This document shows, one piece after another, positions 38,694-64,000 of a stretch of DNA of 64,000 bases. Below the pieces are notes generated by a model, which did no database searches, was not told the origin of the DNA, and saw only the letters and a program-made list of their open reading frames with translations. The stretch spans positions 15,735,807 to 15,799,806 of the forward strand of contig NC_134031.1 in assembly GCF_964204645.1 (NCBI RefSeq), given 5' to 3'. The first letter of the stretch is position 1. Each line of letters starts with the position of its first letter. The DNA is from Tubulanus polymorphus (lineage: Eukaryota > Animalia > Nemertea). The position numbers were made by a program, and so were the translations under genes.

Positions 38694-40149
38694 CTGCGAA
38701 AAAATGAAGAATTTCTGGGATAAGCTAATGTGGAATTGCAAATTTGAAATCGAAGTTTTAAGAAATTTGGGGAATTATGAGATTTGGCGATGATACAGTC
38801 TTCGACTGGTCTAATTAAAAAAAAATTGTCAACTTGTGACCGACTTCGATTCACTTTTGCTCTAAGCTGGTCTGCAACTTCATTGCCTCCATGGTTGAAG
38901 AAAGAGCTCTTCTGATGTCTGCTTCATCATGACTTCGAGCATATCGTGTAGCCAGCCGGCCCGGTCCCGGGGCCCGGTTTGGCTGTCACTCGATATCCTA
39001 GACTTGAGTCTGGGTTGACATCGTCATTTAAATAACTTATTCATGTTATTCTGTATGAATTACCCATGTGTCTTGTATTTTGTATTTTCTTATTCTAAAA
39101 TTTGTAACTTTATTGAATTTTGGAATTTCATCCCGGAATTTCAATGTAATAAGGATCAATAAAGTATTGAATTGAATTGTCACCTTATACACATGCCATC
39201 AGTGGACGCGGAGCCGTATATGACAGCTATGCTATTATAGATTGCTAATCTCATGAAACCTGCATACCCCTAATATCGAACATATTTTCTAAAACATTTG
39301 AATATTGAAATTATTTGTTTACACGTTTTTATATAGACCGCTTGTAGCCGCCGATGAAATTCACGCCGGCCCTACTCAGATCGTAGATAGCTTCGTCATT
39401 CCACTAGCATCCCCATGTCAGGGTCTGACTTTTATATCAGACTTCCAAATCGTGTATACATCCGCCATTTAACCGAATAATCCGATTTACTTATCATTTC
39501 TATTTATGCCTGCCGCTCCTGATATAATCATACATCCTTTACTATTACAATACCTCTTAACATGATATTCAATGCAATATAACATTTCGACGTTCAAATA
39601 GAGGTCATTATATAATCACAGGGAGCCATTCTACATCTTTATCAATAATATTTTGCCAAATAGCTTGTATGTGTACACATAAACCTGTGACGTTTTGCAC
39701 ATCGATTTACGGTTGTCGTTTGTAAAATGACGCTGAATGGTTAACATTGTTTAAGTTTCATAATGGTAACGTTTTATAAGGCGTCAAAAAACCATAGATA
39801 AGTTCCGTTTATCGTAGTTGCAGCCAGTACGATGGACATGTAGATGATAGTGGGATTAGTGCGGTTCTGAGGAACTGAAGTTGCAGCCATTGCGTCGACC
39901 AATCAGACTATGCTCTCAATTAAAGCTAATTACTGAAACTATATATTGAAAGCTATGTAGATTTCACAAGCGTCCACGCCTTCTTTCATACGACCTTAGA
40001 TTCCACACTCAGTGTTGTTTGTACATGAATCTATCATAGCAGTTTCTATAAGAAAAACTTACAATGACTTTCCTCAAAGCTCAGAATTTTAAAAAAACCA
40101 CTTTTGAAGATAACAATTTTTAATGAATTCATATGATATAATCTTGACT

Positions 40150-40415
40150 GCAGTGAACTGATATAAATCTCAGTGTAGAGTTAACGAATAAAACCCACAA
40201 TTACTTCTGTAAAAACAGTTTATTGCCTTACAGTTTCGCGGTTCAAACTAAACCTCATCTTCAGAGGAACAAGAAATACAATTTTCCCAAGTTTTTCATA
40301 GGTGATTTCTCAATCTTCCCAAATGGAAAATGGGGTCTTCAAAAAAATGAACATATATCATACAATCAACACAAAAGTATTTTTGTTCCTCTGAAGATGA
40401 GGTTTAGTTTTTGAA
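40150..40415. mobile_element. Hammerhead-containing Penelope pLTR-like element (intact minimal HHR, minus strand 40272-40223; inverted partial copy at 40381-40415)
   Basis: Minus strand reads UUGUUCCU-CUGAAGA-U-GAGGUUUAGUUUGAACCGC-GAAACUGUA/AGGCAA. The flank CAGTGAACTGATATAAATCT..GTTAACGAATAAAACCCAC is shared with 13995-14040. Confidence 0.7.
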
Positions 40416-40697
40416 AAATTTTGAAATAATATTCCCAGTTTGGAAATATTTGGGAATTTGAGACATTTTTCTCTAATCAGGGAACTAATATTCGGGAAAT
40501 TCATTTTCATTTCACATATTGCATTTGCCAAGGGGAACTCTGTTCAGCAATTTCTCTTTAGAATCACCTTTTTCAATGTTGATTTTTCAATTTTCCTAGA
40601 TGGAAAATGAGGTCTTCAAAAAAATGAACATATATCATACAATCAACATTGGGAATCTTTAATTCATGTAACTGTAGCAACCATAATATTGCTCATC

Positions 40698-41698
40698 AGG
40701 TAATTGAGTAAACAGGTAGTACTGTGTAAGTTAATTGATCTTGGTAAGAAATTTCGAGTTTTCCGCAACTAGTGTATAGAGTAGCTTTATCAGGTAAATG
40801 GGTAAACATATGTAACGAGAGAAATCCCACAATAACGAAGCCAAGATTGAAAAATTCTATATCAGAATGATTATATTTGAGGAGCAACGTTACGGCTAAC
40901 AACTGTTAGCCATCATCAGGCGTACTGAGAACAAAATAAAATAACAGGATATTTATACAAGAATATGACAAATGATAAAGATTAAAGGATTAAGATTAAA
41001 ATAATTAAATAACAAAAACCGGAACACTAAGGAAAGAAAACAAAGAAGGCAAACGACAAACTATAGGGGATGTAGTGCGAGATTAAAGTAATCTAAAAAC
41101 AGAGCCCAGAGGGTTCAAAGGCAGACAAACTAAGGGGTAATCAGACAAAAACTAAAGGCAAGAACATCAAAGGGATAATCAAGGAATGAGTGAGGGAGGG
41201 AGTGAGTGAGTGGAAGTGTCAAACGGAGGAAAACAAGCTAACGGGGTTAGAATAATGGGGGTACAAGGGAAGCGAGAAATTTAGAGATCAATATATTGTG
41301 AGGAGAAAAACCGTTATTCAAATTAACACATTTATCCACATTTTCAATAATAAGGGCAGATTCCATAATGTGACGTTTGGTTTTATCGGGACAGGGAAAG
41401 ATTATAGCGGCATTATCAAAATTAAAATTATGACTAGTTTCATAAACGTGATTAGAATTTTTGACGTCATTTTTATGTTCTCTGAGGCGCTTGTTCAAAT
41501 CACGCCCAGTTTTACCAATATATATTTTATTACAGACTTTACAAGGTATTTTGTATACACCAATGTTCAAATGTTTCGTTTTGCAGGAATTGTGAGTTAA
41601 GTTATGACAAAGTTTATTATTGTAAGTGAAAACGAGTTACCGGGGGTAAACAGGTAGTACTGTGTAGGGTAATTAATCTTAGTATGAAATTACGAGAA
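40698..41698 (-). mobile_element. 5'-truncated Penelope-like retroelement: GIY-YIG endonuclease C-terminus + 3' pLTR with hammerhead
   Basis: ORF 41570-41247 reads GVYKIPCKVCNKIYIGKTGRDLNKRLREH..HNFNFDNA..R..MESALI..N.NNG, a PLE GIY-YIG domain. The hammerhead motif at 40926-40880 is CUGAUGA-U-GGCUAAC-AGUU-GUUAGCC-GUAACGUU (GAAA mutated). An about 55-bp direct repeat GTAAACAGGTAGTACTGTGTA.. lies at about 40708 and 41646. Confidence 0.85.
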
Positions 41699-41721
41699 TT
41701 TATTTATTCAAAAAATCTAAA

Positions 41722-41930
41722 ATTCGGCGAACGTGCATTTGAGACATTTGCACCTACAGTGTGGAACTCCCTTCCGCAACCTCTCCGTGATATTGACTCT
41801 CTGCCAGCATTCAAAGCACAGCTCAAGACATTTCTGTCCAAGTCATCATCTTCGTCTGGAGAGCACCTTTGATAATAGTCCTGCTATTACAAGGCGCTAT
41901 AGAAATTTACAATCCTATCCTATCCTATCT
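41722..41930 (+). mobile_element. L2-clade LINE 3' end with (CCTAT)n tail, inserted into a foldback element
   Basis: FGERAFETFAPTVWNSLPQPLRDIDSLPAFKAQLKTFL is a typical L2 ORF2 C-terminus, followed by AAGGCGCTATAGAAAT and ATCCTATCCTATCCTAT. The flanks (41692-41721, 41928-42015) match the 15692-15960 family. Confidence 0.75.
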
Positions 41931-42199
41931 CGATTTGAAATTTCTAAATTATTCTTTTGATTTGTATACATGGTGGGTTTTTATCTTATTATCCGTTCAC
42001 CACGTTTGAGTGTGGTAATTTTACTATTTTCAGAGTGTATTTTATTTAACTTTCGGGCAATAATTGAAAACTGATAGATCGTCAATGCGGAGCTGCCATT
42101 GTGTGAGCTCGTGTAGCATCGCTTCTGTCGGTAATTAGATTGATTGATTGATTGATTTTATTTTCATAGAACATAGTTTAGTATAATAATTTATCTTAC

Positions 42200-45100
42200 A
42201 AAATACCACAATGAACTATGAACTATGAAGGACTCGTCCAGAGCCTGAAGGTGGGGGCGATTTATGCTAGCAAGCGACTTTCCTACAAGATCAGAAATGA
42301 CATAAGCGTATTTAAAGAGGGTAAATTCGAATCCTGTTTTATAGAAATAATTTCTAAAACCGGAAAAAACGCTAGAAATATTATTGTTGGAGAACTATAT
42401 AGAATACCGGGAACTAGCGAATCTGATTTTTTGTTAGATTATCAAGGCATACTAGAAAAAATAAATCACGAAAGAAAAGATATAATCATTGGGATGGACC
42501 AAAACTTGGACCTCATCAAATCTGAAACCCACAGAAACACTGCTAGATTTCTTGATTTGAATCTCTCCTATGAAGTAATACCAACAATACTACGTCCAAC
42601 TAGAATCACACATAATACAGCCACCCTCATTTATAATATATATATAAGCTCAAAACTAACTGACCATTATAGATCATGCATCATCACAACTGACCTATCA
42701 GAACATCTGCCCTGTTATATATCAATTAAAGATAGGAACTACAAAATGAAAACAAAGGAAACTAAATTATTTCGAAGATTCAATCGAAGCAACTTAACCA
42801 ATATTAATAATGAACTCTCTGAAATTGATTGGGCTGTAATTGAAAACATGAACAGCGATGATGGGTATAGCTTTTTAATTGAAAAGCTCACTCCATCTTT
42901 AGATAGACATGCCCCCCCGACTGAAAGGAAAATTGGGCATATAAGGCTAAACAAAAATGATACCTTGTTTCTCCGCAGCGGCCGGGTCATTTTTGTAAAA
43001 TATGATAAAATTAATAAACAGTTCATTTCTATAGCGGCCGGGTCTGTTATGGTAAAATTGATCACGATTTAAAAAAAAGTAATGTATAGGGTAGATAGGC
43101 GGCCGGCCGGGTCAACATTTAAGCTCAGCAGAGCGGAGAAACAAGGTATCAATTTTTTTAGCCTAAAGATAGACGAACCATGGATGACACATGGTCTACT
43201 AACATCGTCAAAAAAGTGTGATCGTTTATATCGTAAGGTACTTGGTGCTCCAAAAAGTGATCCAAAATACGTAAGATATCTTAATTATCGAAATCAGTTG
43301 AATTATTTAAGAAGAAGAGCAAAGCATAGTTATTATGCGAATAAGAAACTTAGTTTTAGAAATAACAGTAGAAAGTTATGGGATTTACTAAAGACCACCA
43401 TAGGCAAACATAATGACAAATCATCTACTATTGAAAATTTTTCGCATTTCAGCGTGATAATCGCCGTCCCCAAAATTGATGGAAAAATTGAAAAAGACCA
43501 CAAAAAAATTAGTGACTCACTGTCTTTGTTTTTTAGTCATATAGGAAAAGAGTATGCCACTAAAGTCCCAACTTCTAAGCATTCATTTCAAGAATACCTC
43601 AATATCCATAACAATATTAACATTTTCTTTAGACCCACTGACACTAATGAGATCATTTCTTTAGTGAAATAATTACCAAATAAAAGTAGTACTGGTTTCG
43701 TTAACATTAGCAATAATCTCCTAAAACAAGTAATTTATACTATAGGCCTATGTGATCCGTTATGTACAATATTTAACAATTCATTAAGAGATGGCGTAGT
43801 ACCCAAATTAATGAAAATTGCAGAAGTTATTCCTATCCACAAAGGTGATGATAAATCCCAAGCAACTAACTACAGGCCTATCTCACTTTTACCCGTAATA
43901 TCTAAAATACTAGAAAAAATAGTTCACAACAGGCTATATAACTTTTTTTATTACGAACAACTTACTCTACAGCAGCCAATATGGGTACAGAGAAAATCAT
44001 TCAACTGCTCAAGCAATACTTGAATTAACCGGAAATATAATTAGTAGCTTCGACAATGGTAATAACACAATTGGAGTCTTCCTTGATCTGTCTAAAGCGT
44101 TTGACTCGCTCGATGTCCCAACGTTGATATACAAATTAGATAAGTATGGAATAAGCGGAATTCCATTGCAATGGTTGAAAAGTTACCTCAGTGAAAGGAG
44201 AATGTATGTAAAGGTCAACGGAATCAAATCAAATCTAACTAAAGTCGAATACGGAATTCCTCAAGGCTCTATACTCGGACCACTGCTTTTTCTTATATAT
44301 GTTAACGATGCCCATCAAGTTTTAAAATCCTGTAAAAGTATATTATTCGCAGACGAGACTAGCATATATATTACCGGAAAGAATCTTAACACTATTTTAG
44401 ATCTTCTGAAAGATGACCTATCTACACTGATCGATTGGTTCCATGCTAACAAATAAACAGTCAATTTCAGGAAAACTAATTGCATGATTTTTAGGCCCAG
44501 AAGTAAAAGTTTCCAAACAGATATAGATCTCATATTTGGTACTGAGAAAATAAGATCAGTAAAACAGTGTAAATTTTTAGGAGTACTTATTGATGAAAAT
44601 CTATCTTGTGAACAACAATTCAAACAAATCTGTTCAAAAATCAATAGAAACTTGTATTTATTAAGAAGAATAAAAAAATTTATACCTGCTTGGAGTAAGA
44701 AACTGCTGTATTATGGCTATATACATACACATTTATCTTATGCAGTGACATCGTGGGGCACTCTTCTCTCAAAAAAGCAAATAGACACCATTTTCAAATT
44801 GCAGAAAAGGGCAATCAGATATATCGATAACAGACGCTATAATGCCCCCACATCACACTTATTTAGAAAATATGATATAATAAAATTTGAAGACATAATA
44901 AATTTAGACCTCGCAAAAATTGGCTACAAATACTTCGAAGGAAAATTGCCCACCCCGAGCATTGTTCCAACATAACCAAGTAAACCACATACATAACACA
45001 AGATCAAGAAATTATCCACAATCTGCCCGTCACAAAACGAATATGTTCAATAAATCGTTTCTTAACAAAGTTCCAGTCATTTTGCAAACAATCGATAACA

Positions 45101-45300
45101 CAATCAGAAAATCTCCATCAATTCATTCATTCACCAGGCTCTACAAAAAACAGCTCATCAATAGATATTGAATATTCATCCCGTCCCCCTAAAATATTCT
45201 ATCATGGTATGTTTATGTTATATAATAGTTATTGTAGTATAATTACCATTGTATGTTGTATGTTGTTTTGAAAATAGCTTACCATAGATAAACCTTATGA
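42200..45300 (+). mobile_element. Decayed non-LTR retrotransposon ORF2 (APE endonuclease + reverse transcriptase; CR1/L2-group LINE)
   Basis: APE motifs YRIP, IIIGMDQNLD, PTRITHNTATL and SEHLP. RT motifs KIAEVIPIHKG, NYRPISLLPVISKILEK, FLDLSKAFD, GIPQGSILGPLLFLIYVND and FADET, then KFLGVLID and LQKRAIR. Contains stops and frameshifts. Confidence 0.92.
42945..43163. mobile_element. PIF/Harbinger-type (Tourist-like) MITE inserted in the LINE
   Basis: TIRs of about 30 bp (GGCTAAACAAAAATGATACCTTGTTTCTCCGC / GCGGAGAAACAAGGTATCAATTTTTTTAGCC) with TSD TAA at 42942-42944 and 43164-43166. Removing it restores the LINE frame ..GHIKIDEPW.. Confidence 0.85.
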
Positions 45301-45656
45301 TATTGACATTTGTATCTTTGTCATCATCATCCATTTCATAGTCACCGGGGCTCGTCCACTCTGTTCAGAGCTACAGCCTTAGAAAAGCATGAGCGGCATC
45401 CAAATGAAGAAAAATTCAAGAGAGGTACTTTAAGTCACATCACAAAGGACACTAGATATCTAAACCAAGAAGCTGTCTATCGGCCTTGATGGGTTGAAAT
45501 AGAAAAGAAATGTTTCAATGTCAGCATCAGAAAAAATACATTAAATATCCGAAAGAGAAAGGAAAGATAGATTTGTAGACTGAAGCAGTACGCAATATAA
45601 ATGCAATGCCGCCAATAGATCATTTTAGAGAGCCCTACTGTCAGATTCTGTGTCCC

Positions 45657-45768
45657 AGGGGCCGGTTCCATAGTCATGGCTTAGACAAGACAATGTTAGT
45701 TCTATAGCCAATATAACAACTTAAGACCAATCTTAAGACTTAAGCCCGACTTTTGGAACTGGCCCCCT
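45657..45768. mobile_element. MITE family A copy (reverse, internally deleted)
   Basis: GGGGCCGGTTCCATAGTCATGGCTTAGAC..GGAACTGGCCCC. Confidence 0.7.
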
Positions 45769-46549
45769 GGAACGTAAAGATAAGAACTTCAGCACGATTT
45801 TAATAATTTCTGTTTCTGTGTACGAAAACATAACGCAAGCTAACACACGCCAAATTGGGTAAAATTCTATAGAAAAAGCCCGTGGCTTAAAGGGTAATTA
45901 TTGCAGCATCCTAGACTTGCATCAGAAATATGAAGCAAATCTGCTGTTTCGATTATTTGGATCATCTTATTTTGTGGTATCGATGATTCGTGGATTTTTT
46001 ATTAACAAAATTGTCTCGGCAAGCCTCCGGACTCGGAACGCGCAGTAATCGTCGATTCGCCTCAGCGATTTTTTAGCTATACAAAGTTCAAGTAAAATTA
46101 AATTTATTTCAAATTTTGTATATATTTGTTTCCATAATTATGTATATAGTGTTTACTTAATTGTATTTTTAACCAATGCGTGGTTTTCTTCTATACGTAC
46201 GGAACAATAAAGTATTGAATTGAATTGGACGCCAGCCTTACACGCGACGTTTTGACAATCTCGAGAACAACCACTTCCTGTCAATTTTGACAGATCGGAT
46301 AAAAATTTGTTCACGTTTTTATCGCCTAAATACGCTTTGAATGTTGATATCGCTGCTATTAATGAGGTGAATAGGTTTGAGAAAAATAAACAATGTTCAG
46401 AACCGACTGTCAACTGGAAGAATTTCATCATCAAGAAAGAACTCGGATGATCATTTAATTCTGCTCACTGACTTGTCAATGTTGTTGGCCCGTTGTTGGC
46501 GTTGGATCTTCAATCTTGGATTGGAACCCCCCATCCCTGGCCAGACGGC

Positions 46550-46916
46550 TGTAGCCTCTGCTGTAGTACCATCCTCCCCGGGATTCGAACCTGATGGCAT
46601 CGAGACCCGGTACGAAACCCTGCCACACTAGACCGAGTGCGCGGCTACACGCGCAGCTTAGATGATGTCATCATCAGCCAATCAGACCCTGTTGTATTTT
46701 AGCCCGTGTTTTCCCATTTATAGTTCTTCCGTGAAATTTACCTCAGCAATTATACAACAAGCAATCTGATTGGTGCCGCAAGTTTTCGTACAGCAAAGCT
46801 GCGCATGAACCTGCGCACCCTGTGTAGTGTGGCAAGGGTTCGTGCTGTGGCTGAGGAGTCTAGCGATGCCATCAGGTTCGAATCCCTGCCGAGGGAGGAT
46901 GCTGTAGCACAGGCAC
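46550..46916. mobile_element. Two diverged tRNA-derived SINE-like heads in inverted (divergent) arrangement
   Basis: The plus copy (46797-46916) has A-box-like TAGTGTGGC and B-box GGTTCGAATCC. The minus copy (46550-46660) has GGGATTCGAACCTGATGGCATCG. Inverted similarity extends to CCAATCAGA/TCTGATTGG. Confidence 0.6.
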
Positions 46917-47940
46917 TTGAATATGGGTGTTGTTGGTGTGTTGAAAATGATGAAATTTACTTTTAATCTACGATAAAACAATCACCGGCCGGGTTAGCCG
47001 CCTGAAATAATGTATTTGTTTTGGCCGTTTGTTTTACCAGGCCTTTGATTAGCCTAAATGTCTATTTCAACTTCATAGCACATCTGTTGGCCTAACTCGG
47101 TCAGTTCATATGTGATAAAAGTCTTATAAGTCTGAATACCAGACGTTACGGTCCCCTTCTACCTTGTTTGAGGAACAACCAGGGGCGTTGGAAGCAATTT
47201 TTGATTGCCGCGGCCAAATGCCGATTTTGGACTAAATATTGCCGCGGCGAATTTACTTCATTTCTTCAAAAATGTGGTATTCAAGAAAAAAAAACATTCA
47301 GTAAATTATTGCCGCGGCTGCAGTCACTGCACTTCCAACGCCACTGTCAACGGCTAGATGCTAGGCCATGATTACTCAATGGCTGTGCATGCACTCGTCA
47401 TCCATCTCTGTACTTATGCAAAAGCAGGAAATGCACCTATCTCCGACCGTAATGCTTAAATCTACCTACAATTATCAGAACGGCTGATGCGAACACAAGA
47501 GCGCTCATGCCACGCCATCTGGTGGTTGTACAGCCGGCGAAAAATCAATTTTATTGCCAGATATAAACTTTACCGGTGCCAAAAAGGTGTGTCTAAAGAT
47601 CATCTAGAATTGAAATTCTGGGCGCTCCGCATATTTCAGGATAAAAATTGAATCCTCGGAACCAACTTCGACAATCGTCGGCGGTGTTCGACTGGCCCGA
47701 TATTTGCGGGTAGATTTAAGCTAAGGATCATTTCCTGCCTTTTTGTATAGTATAGTAGAATAGATTGATTAGGCCTATACCAGTGAACAAAAATAAACCA
47801 ATTCAGATTGTACTAGTGGTATTGACTGGCTTAGGTTTGAGATTGGACCGTGATAAGAATACGTCTCTAAGAAATTAAACTTTATATAGAGACATAGTCT
47901 TGATATGTATTTGATGATTTCAGATGTTTCGGACGTAAGA

Positions 47941-61650
<13,710 letters not shown>

Positions 61651-64000
61651 CGGCTCCGCGGCCTAGTAGATGTTCATTGTGTCATAGAAAAAAAAACGCT
61701 GATTTTCATTGTGTCGTTTACAAAAACCTGCAAAAGTTCTCTTAAAGATCAGCAGACGCTATAAATCCAGTCACAATCAATTTAGACTAGACACTGTCTA
61801 TGAAGTGTATTTTAAAGACCAGAAATAAGTGAACATTGAACAAAACAAATTTGTTAACCTGTTAACCAGGGTAGGATAAAATGTTTCCACCCATCTCGGG
61901 TGCGAGCATTTAATTCAAAAAGTCTGCGTAACAGATTTCGATTGTTGGATCTTCGTAATAGAGTGGGTGTTTTATATACGCTAAATCCTGTAATCTGATT
62001 GGTAGATATTTGAAATAAATTGACAGTTGAAAATCATCGGAACTTGTCTGGAGCGATACTACATAACGATGTCTCTGATAGCTAGATATTAGATTCAAAA
62101 TTTGAATTAGCGTCTGCTGGTCGATAGGACACGAAGGGTTTCAAAAATGTCCTAGTCTCCTCTGTAGTAATAGGGAGTGGCAATCTGCATAGTTAATGTG
62201 CATACATGTACAATCGCTATACTGTATATACCTGGTATAAATAAGTTATACATGAACGCACTCATTTGTGTAAATGCTCACATGTGCATGTGCATCTCAC
62301 ATGCACATGTGCGTGTACTGTTATTGATGCTTGATCGTTCACAAGATCTCATTATCCGGCTACAGATGTTCATATGGTATAAAACATAACCATCATTGTT
62401 CATGCTAATTCACATTCATTGTATTATATTGAAATAGTTAATATACACGGCCCACACTGCAGAGCGAGTGTGAAGTTTAAAATGTGTGCTGGATGTAAAA
62501 ATTTGTTTCAAATTTCGTGTTCACACATTTTGCTTACTCGGTGTGCGTTCGGAAGAGGAATGCAAACGAAACAGCTATATTTCTGTCTAAAAACATGTTC
62601 AATAATGGACGTGAAGGGAATTCTGAAAATTGTGAAATCTAGCTTGTCTGTGCTCTAGCAGGACCTGAATTCATGCAGCAGCTGCTATATGCTGTCTGTA
62701 TCTACCTGTCTGACTGTCAACTAACAGACCTGAGCATGACTACTATTGCTAGTAGTTTCTACTCTTTTTAAGAGCTCATCTACTCCCATACCAATACTCT
62801 CAAAATCACAATAATGTCTAGCTCATTTTCGATAGATACTATTTGCTATGTCTAATTACTCTCGCAAAAAAAAAAAACTGAAATCAGAGGTATCAGGTAG
62901 TCAGGTCTGGACTGACTATCTATCCCCGTACTTACAAAACTAATGAATGTCTGTTGATAGGTACAGGCAGCTGATTGATGCCTGCGACAATCTAATCTGA
63001 AATGATGATCTGAATTGGTCGGATCTGAGTGGATTGAATGGATTCGGTGGATTTCCTGCTATCTACTAGCGGTACACATAATACTAATAAGTACCCTGTA
63101 TTCACGTCGAACTGTGCATTGCTGATATATCGTACAATATATGCTGTGTATATTTTATTCGCGTAGCTGCTTTGAAAAATATGATAAAAGATTTTCCGTA
63201 AAACATTCCATATCTAATAGGTATATACATGAGATGATGATAAAAGTAATTGAATAAGTAATACTAAGTATTCTGCATGTGTTCGTGAAATCACCTAAAT
63301 TACACTTAAGTTAATGTTGAACTGTAGTTCCTTTATTGTGTATGTAATTAAGTAAAATGCAGTGAATTATTCTTCGAGATTGAAAAATTACTGAAATACT
63401 AAGTAGCGGTAGGTTGTTCCAAAAATGTGGTCAGAGTTAACCAGTGGAAAGTTGACTGTCACAATTAAAACTTCTGTTACTTAAGGCATATCTACCTGTA
63501 CCGGTTAACTCCAACTTTTGAGCAACTGACCCGAGGTTGTTAGCTATTTTTTTCAGGCAAAGCCAGTCTTACATGTCGTATACCTAAGGAGCATCATTAA
63601 AAACTTTCGAGCACAGATCGATTGACGCTTGCTAAGCTCATCAGTACCGATAAAGGCCGATTATCAAAAGTGGAAATTTTCATTAGAATATGTACATATT
63701 GTAATACTTTGTAATATAATGTAATGTTTTCAGGGTAGCTACACAGAGTAGTGTTACATTTAGTTATCCACGTTAGACACTTGTATTTTTGATTGGAGAG
63801 ACACATTGTGTTCCAATCATTTTCGATAATTTTGTCGAGGAAATCGATGTTATTTCCTTCACGGGTGCATTTTATGTTTTTAGTTCTAGAAGTTGTAGAA
63901 TTCTGTGATATAAATTCCGCGTTCAAGATTAGAACATTGCTGGTAATTCTGCGTTAGCGAGGGAGGCTTAGGGAAAGCCTCCCCTTACTCGTAGCGATAG

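Noticed and set aside
38948-39001. GC hairpin followed by CTAG as a Helitron 3' end (similar at 2188-2240)
   Set aside because: No 5' TC end, second copy or Rep/helicase sequence was found in the window to support it.
46797-46890. tRNA gene
   Set aside because: A B-box is present but I could not build a cloverleaf with an acceptor stem, so it is treated as a SINE head.

Overview
AT-rich, intron-rich animal DNA, probably from a lophotrochozoan or similar invertebrate (inferred from gene content and repeats). Hand-spliced GT-AG models give four genes with intact frames: IVNS1ABP/NS1-BP (BTB-BACK-Kelch, minus, 11 coding exons, about 718 aa); an uncharacterised protein with a duplicated N-terminal module, TPR-like helices and an SGNH-hydrolase-like C-terminus (minus, 20 exons, about 787 aa); a secreted precursor with 15-16 tandem 23-aa units separated by polybasic convertase sites (minus, 2 coding exons, about 645 aa); and RABGAP1/RABGAP1L (plus, 22 exons, about 1034 aa). 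A class A peptide-receptor-like GPCR with a problematic 5' end lies about 2.9 kb upstream of the precursor on the same strand. From about 40.1 to 45.3 kb there is a nested transposon pile: a Penelope GIY-YIG fragment, an L2-like tail, a decayed CR1/L2-type LINE and a Harbinger-type MITE. Several MITE and SINE families are scattered through the window. The two signals most worth following up are (1) the unrecognised multi-copy NAPELQPELVESMSPEF precursor and its neighbouring GPCR, and (2) at least five palindromic elements built from back-to-back type I hammerhead ribozyme motifs, one of which puts a near-canonical hammerhead on the sense strand of an IVNS1ABP intron. All coordinates were read by eye and may be off by a few bases.
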